Shown here one piece after another: positions 57,505 to 64,000 of a stretch of DNA of 64,000 bases. The stretch comes from Candidatus Peribacteria bacterium. GTDB taxonomy: Bacteria > Patescibacteriota > Gracilibacteria > Peribacterales > Peribacteraceae. The notes under the pieces were generated by a model. That model was not told the DNA's origin, ran no database searches, and saw nothing but the letters and a program-made list of their open reading frames with translations. Positions within the stretch are counted from its first letter, which is position 1. The number at the start of each line of letters is the position of its first letter. Location of the stretch: positions 74,511 through 138,510 of the forward strand of contig JBEPVF010000004.1 of assembly GCA_041691135.1 (NCBI GenBank), given 5' to 3'. The position numbers and the translations under genes were made by a program.

Positions 57505-57933
57505 TTATCGCACCGTTCCGCCAAGTTTCACCAGTAAACCCGAAGCACTTTTCACTTCTTCGTCGGACAGGGGAGACAACACTCTCTGTGCCAACTCCTC
57601 GGCGTTTTCAATCGACTCATTGAGCATGCGCTTGCCGCTGGGCGCCAGCGCCACAAAACTCACGCGCGCATCCTGCGCATTCGCCTCTCTTTTTATCAGT
57701 CCTATTTTCTCCATGGGTGCCAGCAATCGGGTGACGCCGGAAGGAGTGAGGCCGATGATTTCGGCCAGATCAACGCGCCGCATCTTTTCGCCTGGCGCTT
57801 GTTCGAGGTGAAACAGAATCAAAAACTCGGTAAAACCGAGACCGCCGAGTCTGGCATCCAGGCGGCGGCTGGTGATTGTTTGCACAATCGCCATATTCAT
57901 AAGCATTTTGAGGGGGGTGCTGAGAGATGTCAT
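57505..57933 (-). CDS. MarR-family transcriptional regulator
   Basis: wHTH: DLAE.IGLTPSGVTRLL..MEK.GLI.R, DAR..V.L..SG. Confidence 0.9.
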   Translation of the reverse strand: MTSLSTPLKMLMNMAIVQTITSRRLDARLGGLGFTEFLILFHLEQAPGEKMRRVDLAEIIGLTPSGVTRLLAPMEKIGLIKREANAQDARVSFVALAPSGKRMLNESIENAEELAQRVLSPLSDEEVKSASGLLVKLGGTVR

Positions 57934-58090
57934 ATGCTTGTATGATACTTGATATGTGAAGTATTAGTCAAGCACATAAAAGGGAAAATATACGAATCTC
58001 CAAAACTGAGAAGCGACAAGACCGGACTGTAAGTGATTCGATATAAATGAAGAGTGCGCATAGGCTACACTACGCCCACCCTTCCTCCCG

Positions 58091-59443
58091 ATGACCCAAG
58101 CCAACGCACTCACCGGCGATCATTATGATGCGCTCTACGAGCGGGTGGAGGCATATTTGCACGAGAAGAAAGACCGGCAACTTCGGAATATTTTGGCGAC
58201 CGAAGATCCGTCGACGATCGCGGCGGTGATCAACGATCTTCCGCGCGGCAGTCGCAAAGTGTTCGCACTATTGCCGCCCGAACTGCAGGCCGATGCAGTG
58301 GTGGACCTTTCACCGTCCCGGAAAGAAGCGGTACTTCCGCGTCTCACGGACTCGATTATCGCGCGCTTCCTCCATTTCTGTGACGAAGACGAAGCGACAG
58401 ACGTGCTGCAGTTTCTCACGCCTGAGCGGCAGCAGATTATCCTTGGCAAGATGAGGGAGGACAAACGGGTGAAGATCGAAAAGCTTCTCACGTACGGTTC
58501 CGAGACGGCCGGCGGACTCATGGACTTCAATTTTGTCGTCGTGGCTGCATCGTTGAGTTTGGAAGATGTTGTTAAAATGGTGCGTGAGCGGACCAAAGAG
58601 AAGAAGAACACGCCGGTGATTCTGGTACAGGAGCGTGAAAAACTTTTGGGATACATGCCGTACCGTGATCTTATTTTCAAAGCAGGCGTTGCCCTGTCGA
58701 CGTTGGCTCAGCGCATGCCGATTGTGACGGCGGCAACCGACCGCGAACAATTGCTCGAAAGTTTATCTTTACAGCGGGCCGAAGTGATTTGCGTTGTCGA
58801 CGACAACCAACGTCCCATTGGTGTGATCCATTTGGAAGACTTGTTGAAGGTGGCCGAGGCCGAAGCGACCGAAGACGTCTACCGATTCGCCGGCGTCGTA
58901 CGCGAAGAATCCCCCCTCGACCCGATTTATCTGAAGGTACGCCGGCGTTATACGTGGCTCATTATCAACCTGGCGACAGCGTTCCTGGCATCAGCAGTCG
59001 TAGCGCAATTCCAGGATGTGATCGCGAAGCTGGCGATCCTGGCCGTCTACATGCCGATCGTCGCCGGCGAAGGCGGCAATGCGGCTACGCAGGCGCTCGC
59101 GGTGGTGGTGCGCGGATTGGCGTCGGGCGATCTGGATTGGGAGGAAGCGCGTAAAGTGATCTTTCGCGAAGCGATTGCCGGCGCACTTAACGGTGTCATC
59201 ATCGGTGTCGTCGCGGCTGGGGCGGCGGTTCTGTTCCACGGAACGCCTATGCTCGGTCTGGTGCTGGGTTTGGCGATGGTCCTCAATTTATTTGTCGCCG
59301 GTTTTTTCGGTGCACTCGTTCCGTTCGTTCTCAAGCGTTGGAAAGTAGACCCAGCCATTGCCAGTTCCATCTTCGTCACGACGGCGACGGATATTTTCGG
59401 ATTCCTGGCGTTTTTGCAGCTGGGGAAAATGTTGCTCCTATAA
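58091..59443 (+). CDS. mgtE: Magnesium transporter MgtE
   Basis: N domain, ETAGGLM, CBS pair, RR.TWL, P...GEGGNA.TQ, DPA..S..FVTT.TD. Confidence 0.93.
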   Translation: MTQANALTGDHYDALYERVEAYLHEKKDRQLRNILATEDPSTIAAVINDLPRGSRKVFALLPPELQADAVVDLSPSRKEAVLPRLTDSIIARFLHFCDEDEATDVLQFLTPERQQIILGKMREDKRVKIEKLLTYGSETAGGLMDFNFVVVAASLSLEDVVKMVRERTKEKKNTPVILVQEREKLLGYMPYRDLIFKAGVALSTLAQRMPIVTAATDREQLLESLSLQRAEVICVVDDNQRPIGVIHLEDLLKVAEAEATEDVYRFAGVVREESPLDPIYLKVRRRYTWLIINLATAFLASAVVAQFQDVIAKLAILAVYMPIVAGEGGNAATQALAVVVRGLASGDLDWEEARKVIFREAIAGALNGVIIGVVAAGAAVLFHGTPMLGLVLGLAMVLNLFVAGFFGALVPFVLKRWKVDPAIASSIFVTTATDIFGFLAFLQLGKMLLL

Positions 59444-59527
59444 AGAGTGAGAGAGGTGACAAAGGATTAGGATTGTGAAGAAGGAAACTTTTTTAATCCT
59501 TACATTCTCAATCCGCTGTTTCTGCGG

Positions 59528-60049
59528 TCACTTCTGTTTCTTCGCAATTGCTTTCTCGATCATCGCGTACGCTTCCTTTTTTCCCAGCATTCGTTTGATC
59601 TTCACCCACTTGCCTTCCTCTAATGTTTTGTAGTGCGTGAAAAAATGTTTGATCTTGTTGCGCGTGGCCTCATCCAGATCTTTCAAATCCTCGATGTCGG
59701 CATACCAGGGATCCACTTTCTTTGTGGGCACAGCCAAAATTTTACAGTCTTCACCGGCTTCATCTTCCATTTCCAGCATACCGATCGGGCGGGCTGGCAC
59801 CACGCAGCCGGGAACTACGGGCTGTTCAGAGATCAGAAGCACATCGAGCGGGTCGCCATCTTCCGACAGTGTGTGTGGGATGAATCCGTAATTGAACGGG
59901 AAGAACATGGCCGTGTGCACGAAGCGGTCGACGAACAGGAGTTCGGATTCTTTGTCGACTTCGTACTTCACCGAAGATCCTTCTGGTATTTCGACAACTA
60001 CATTCACTTCGTTTGGCGGAGAGCCAATGGGGAGTTTGCTGAGGTCCAT
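59528..60049 (-). CDS. ppa: Family I inorganic pyrophosphatase
   Basis: VKYE.DK, PFNYGFIP.T..EDGDPLDV, DEAGED.K. Confidence 0.97.
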   Translation of the reverse strand: MDLSKLPIGSPPNEVNVVVEIPEGSSVKYEVDKESELLFVDRFVHTAMFFPFNYGFIPHTLSEDGDPLDVLLISEQPVVPGCVVPARPIGMLEMEDEAGEDCKILAVPTKKVDPWYADIEDLKDLDEATRNKIKHFFTHYKTLEEGKWVKIKRMLGKKEAYAMIEKAIAKKQK

Positions 60050-60352
60050 ATGCCGCTTGTATACAGGAGCCCGCTAAAAATCCCAAGTCGAATAAAGAGT
60101 CCAAAAGGAGATGCGTCGACACAAGTTTAGAACGGTGCAATTCATTTTATAGTCGTGCGCTCTTCGGACCATTCAGAAATGTTCGGCACATGGATTGGTC
60201 TAATGAGCCTCTTTTACTGTGTTACGTGACATATATCTTTTCACCGTTGCACCAAGAAAGAAAGCGTCCACTGGACGAGTGATTCATTCGGCTGGCTGGT
60301 TTGCTTTCTACGCCACACGAACGCGGTAGAATAGGCCGATCCTTCCCTCTGA

Positions 60353-63130
60353 ATGCAGCGACGTCCTCTTCATCAGACAACGTCCCACTTTCGCGCCGGC
60401 TTCGGCACGGTTGCAGAATTGCTTGTGTCGGCGGGAATCATAGGAGTGATGGCAGGCATCATTGTGATGGCGACAAATAAGTCGCAGCCGACAACTGCCG
60501 CGAATGATTCGGTGCGCGTATCGCAGGCTCGTGCCATTCAGAATGCTCTTCTGCAGCGCTTTACCGATAAACGTGCGTTTCCGGACCAGTCCAAAATGCA
60601 GGAGGGAGCCGCCAACCTTCGTCCGATCTGTACCTACACGAATGGTGACGGCTACTGCGTCAAGCTTGATGCACTGGTGACGGAGGAATATATACCGACG
60701 CTGCAGCGCGATAACATGGAGCCCTGTCCGACATGGTTGGGGTATGCCGTCTATCTGGAAAAAGTAACCGAGCCGCGTGTCATTTCCACGAACCTCGGTA
60801 AAAAAGAAGTGGGGCCCAATACGGATCCCAACTGTGGCCTGCCTCCAGCTTCCTCTTCTTCGTCTTCGTCATCTTCCTCTTCTTCAAGTTCGTCTCCTGC
60901 ACCGAGCTCGTCTTCAACGTCTAGCTTATCCAGTTCTTCCAGCAGCAGCTCAAGTTCCAGCAGTTCTTCCTCTAGTAGTTCGTCATCTTCCTCGTCGTCA
61001 TCGAGTAGTTCCAGTTCCAGCAGTTCCTCATCAGCACCTTTGGCTACCGATAGTCCCTGGGTACCCAATGGTCCGGTGTATGCCATCCAGCATACCGGTA
61101 CGACGACATATATCGGTGGCAGCTTCACAGTGGTGGGTCCTAATACCGGCTACGGAGTTGTCATTAGCCAGAACACTGGGTTACTTCAGAATCCTTTCCC
61201 CAAAGTGAATGGTCCGGTGTACGCCGTGATCGACGATGGAGACGGATGGTACATCGGTGGATCATTCACGCGTGTGGGCGGGGTGGCACGCACGAACTTT
61301 GCGCACATTTTGGCAAATGGAGTAGTCGATACTACCTGGAATCCGGTCTTCAATGGTGCTGTGCGGACAATAGTAAAGAAGGTGAACGATGTGTACGTCG
61401 GCGGTGACTTCACGCAGATCAATGGCGTCTCGCATGGCCGCTTGGCTTCGTTCGGTTCCACTGGCACGCTCAGTACTTGGAATCCCAATGCCAATGCCGC
61501 CGTCTATACGCTGGCGGTCAACGGCAGCACGTTGTACGTCGGCGGCGATTTCACCTCCATCGGCGGTTCCACCCGCAATCGTCTCGCCTCGTTTACGAAT
61601 ACGACTCTCAGTACTTGGAATCCCAACGCAAACAGCACGGTCTATACCGTGGCGGTGCATGGGTCCAGCGTGTACGTCGGCGGCGCGTTCACCTCCATCG
61701 GCGGTTCCACCCGCAATCGTCTGGCGGCCTGGTTGAACAGCAGCAGTACGATTTCGAACGTCTGGAAACCAAGTTCCGACGCACCGGTCTTCGCCATCGC
61801 CATCAGCGGCAATACGGTGTACGCCAGCGGCGACTTCACGCTTGTCGGCGGAACAACGCGCCGGTATCTGGCGGCCTTCAATGCCAATACGGGCAGCGTG
61901 TCCAATTGGGATCCGAGTGCACGAGGTGACGAACAGGAAGATGACCAGCAGGACGAGGACCCCAACGCTAACGGTGATCCAACCAGTACCAGCAGCAATA
62001 TTGATGGTACGGTGCGTGCGTTGGCCATCACTGGTAATACAGTGTATGCCACGGGCGACTTCTCGTACATTGGCGGGTTGCCGCGCAATTATCTGGCGGC
62101 TATCAATGCAACATCCGGTGATATTCTCGACTGGAATCCGAGCGCCAGTAATGCGGGCTACGCGATCGCGACGCACGGCAACAATGTATACGTCGGTGGC
62201 ACATTCAACAGCATCGGTGGCGATAACCGCAACAACGTTGCGGCGCTCAATTCAGTCACCGGACAGATGCTCTCTTGGGATGCCAATGCCAATGGAACGG
62301 TGCGCGCTCTCGCACTTAACGGCTCGTCGGTAATCATCGGTGGCGACTTCACGTCGATGCGCGATATCGAACGTGAGTACCTCGCTTCCGTTGATGTGAC
62401 AACCGCCGATCTTTCGTCGGCAAATCCGTCACCCAACTGGTCCGTACGCTCGCTGCTTGTCGACGGGCAAACATTGTATGCGGGCGGCGACTTCACCTAT
62501 GTCGGTTACACGTCGCGTAAGTTTGCTGCTGCCTTCAATCTCTCATCTAATCTCGCTCTCTTGTCGTGGGATCCGGCACCGAACGATGCGGTACGCGCTT
62601 TGGCCGTCAACGGATCCATCCTCTATATAGGAGGCGACTTCACACAGATCGGATCGCAGACACGTAATCGTCTAGCGGCATTGGATAAAACAAGCGCGGC
62701 TCTCTCGACTTGGAATCCCAATCTCAATGGACGTGTTGCGGCGTTGACGATGAATGGCTTGTCGCTCCTGGCCGGTGGCGACTTTACCAGTGCCGGTGGC
62801 AGTTCCCGCGCGCGGTTGGCAGCGTTCGATGTCACGAGTGGCAGTGTGACGAGCTGGAATCCCGGACCGAATGCACTTGTGAGTGCCATTGCTGCCACGG
62901 GCGGCAAATCATTCGCCGGCGGCGACTTCTCCTCATTGTCGGGCGGTGGCCATCCTTATATGGCTGGCTTCGATACGACATCGCTCACATTCACATGGGA
63001 TCCGGCAGTCAATGGCTCAGTCTATGCTCTGCAGAGTGACGGTCAGAACTTATACGTCGGCGGCGCGTTCACCACGGCGGGTTCTGCGCAGGATGCGAAG
63101 CCGTTCTATATTCAGACAACTGTTCCCTGA
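60353..63130 (+). CDS. Pilin-like N-terminus, poly-Ser linker and beta-propeller repeat adhesin
   Basis: GFGTVAELL plus hydrophobic helix; 4-Cys pilin-like head; ~60-aa Ser run; many ~46-50-aa repeats (WNP..NG.V.AL...G..LYVGGDFT..GG..R..LA). Confidence 0.85.
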   Translation: MQRRPLHQTTSHFRAGFGTVAELLVSAGIIGVMAGIIVMATNKSQPTTAANDSVRVSQARAIQNALLQRFTDKRAFPDQSKMQEGAANLRPICTYTNGDGYCVKLDALVTEEYIPTLQRDNMEPCPTWLGYAVYLEKVTEPRVISTNLGKKEVGPNTDPNCGLPPASSSSSSSSSSSSSSSPAPSSSSTSSLSSSSSSSSSSSSSSSSSSSSSSSSSSSSSSSSSSSAPLATDSPWVPNGPVYAIQHTGTTTYIGGSFTVVGPNTGYGVVISQNTGLLQNPFPKVNGPVYAVIDDGDGWYIGGSFTRVGGVARTNFAHILANGVVDTTWNPVFNGAVRTIVKKVNDVYVGGDFTQINGVSHGRLASFGSTGTLSTWNPNANAAVYTLAVNGSTLYVGGDFTSIGGSTRNRLASFTNTTLSTWNPNANSTVYTVAVHGSSVYVGGAFTSIGGSTRNRLAAWLNSSSTISNVWKPSSDAPVFAIAISGNTVYASGDFTLVGGTTRRYLAAFNANTGSVSNWDPSARGDEQEDDQQDEDPNANGDPTSTSSNIDGTVRALAITGNTVYATGDFSYIGGLPRNYLAAINATSGDILDWNPSASNAGYAIATHGNNVYVGGTFNSIGGDNRNNVAALNSVTGQMLSWDANANGTVRALALNGSSVIIGGDFTSMRDIEREYLASVDVTTADLSSANPSPNWSVRSLLVDGQTLYAGGDFTYVGYTSRKFAAAFNLSSNLALLSWDPAPNDAVRALAVNGSILYIGGDFTQIGSQTRNRLAALDKTSAALSTWNPNLNGRVAALTMNGLSLLAGGDFTSAGGSSRARLAAFDVTSGSVTSWNPGPNALVSAIAATGGKSFAGGDFSSLSGGGHPYMAGFDTTSLTFTWDPAVNGSVYALQSDGQNLYVGGAFTTAGSAQDAKPFYIQTTVP

Positions 63131-63255
63131 TCCGTATTTAATATTGTGACATTGCTCATGCGATTACCACAGGCGATTGCAGGTCGACACTTTCCTTCGC
63201 GGCTCGTTTTGCAGTACAGTGATGACCTCGACTTTTTTGTCCCGCGTGCATGCGT

Positions 63256-64000
63256 ATGAAGCGACCATCCCCCCGTCGCCAATGGGCTCTTCGTCCGGGT
63301 ATCGGCAGTTTCATTGAACTTTTCTATTCGATGGCGATCATCAGCGTGGTTGCCGGTGTCGTTATTTTTGCGCTGAATCCAAAAGAAAATATCCTGACCG
63401 GTTGGGATGACGGCCGCCGCCAGTCCGAAGCGGCAGGATTGCAGCACGCATTGGTTCAGTACTTTGCCGACCAGCACCGTTCCTATCCCGAACAGGACAA
63501 AATGATTGTCGCGAACAACCCGTTCGGAGCCAGGCAGGTGTGCGCCTATGGCGCGAGTCCGGTAAACGATGGTTACTGTGTCAATTTGGATGTACTTGTC
63601 GACCAAGGATATGTGCCGGGCATTCAGCGTGATCCCTCGGAGGCATGTTCTTTCTGGCTTGGCTTCGAAGTATCGCTGGATCCGACACATAACACCGAAC
63701 CGGTTATACGTGCGGTGCACCTAGGAGAAATTCCCAAGCCGCAGGGTTTGCCGGATCCGCGTTGCGGGACATTTGGGTCCGGCGGCTCATCCAGCAACGG
63801 TAGCGGCGGATCGAACGGATCAAATGGAAGCAACGGTTCGAATGGATCAGGATCCAATGGCTCCAATGGGAGTAACGGATCTAATGGAAGCAATGGTTCG
63901 AATGGGTCCAACGGAAGTAATGGCTCGAATGGGAGCAACGGCTCAGGCGGCTCATCCAGCAACGGTAGCGGCGGATCGAACGGATCAAATGGAAGCAACG
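63256..64000 (+). CDS. Second pilin-like protein, paralog of 60353 N-terminus, with (GSN)n repeat; runs off the window (not in the ORF track)
   Basis: MKRPSPRRQWALRPGIGSFIELFYSMAIISVVAGVVIFALNP..LVQYF.D..YPEQDKM..VC.Y..DGYCVNLDVLV..Y.P.IQRD..E.C..WLG..DPRCG, then GSN repeats. Confidence 0.85.
   Translation, partial: MKRPSPRRQWALRPGIGSFIELFYSMAIISVVAGVVIFALNPKENILTGWDDGRRQSEAAGLQHALVQYFADQHRSYPEQDKMIVANNPFGARQVCAYGASPVNDGYCVNLDVLVDQGYVPGIQRDPSEACSFWLGFEVSLDPTHNTEPVIRAVHLGEIPKPQGLPDPRCGTFGSGGSSSNGSGGSNGSNGSNGSNGSGSNGSNGSNGSNGSNGSNGSNGSNGSNGSNGSGGSSSNGSGGSNGSNGSN
63781..64000 (+). repeat. 9-nt-period (Gly-Ser-Asn) coding repeat with a 55-nt exact direct repeat
   Basis: 63781-63835 is identical to 63946-64000. 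Confidence 0.85.

Noticed and set aside
63112-63998. Minus-strand ORFs of 202 aa and 124 aa (LLPFDP repeats)
   Set aside because: They are antisense to the plus-strand pilin-like gene and its GSN repeat
1-64000. CRISPR array, integrase, transposase, reverse transcriptase or rRNA
   Set aside because: No regularly spaced repeat-spacer array and no such motifs were seen
1-64000. Genetic code 25 (TGA=Gly) as in Gracilibacteria/Absconditabacteria
   Set aside because: Core genes are intact under code 11, and several end at TGA (pyrB, ssb, murA, ppa)

Overview
A 64-kb chromosomal window. The gene content is streamlined, with many orphan genes and pilin-like, SLH and sortase-type surface proteins, yet it keeps pyrBC and murABG/ftsW. 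TGA is used as a stop codon. This fits a CPR/Patescibacteria genome, probably Peregrinibacteria/Peribacteria-like; the assignment is an inference and no search was run. The window holds the probable replication origin (a DnaA-box cluster upstream of dnaN, with no adjacent dnaA). Housekeeping genes include mfd, aspS, nrdR, tsaC/sua5, dnaE, a two-OB-fold ssb, murB, gltX, two cyclophilins, murG, ftsW, lspA, murA, mgtE and ppa, plus tRNA-Leu(TAG) and tRNA-Arg(CCT). The most notable unexplained structures are five. (1) A 9-kb, fully translationally coupled operon of five secreted cysteine-rich proteins with no recognisable family (36040-45025). (2) A duplicated two-gene module of a conserved ~110-aa helical protein plus a variable partner carrying a shared N-terminal H-x(3-4)-E-x-R-x-x-(x)-F motif. 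(3) Two paralogous pilin-like adhesins with a non-canonical prepilin motif and poly-Ser or (GSN)n stalks, alongside a GT-C glycosylation locus. (4) Structured ~200-nt leaders and unannotated small ORFs. (5) Heptamer-repeat elements that have invaded coding sequences in frame. All calls are from reading the sequence and ORF track by eye.
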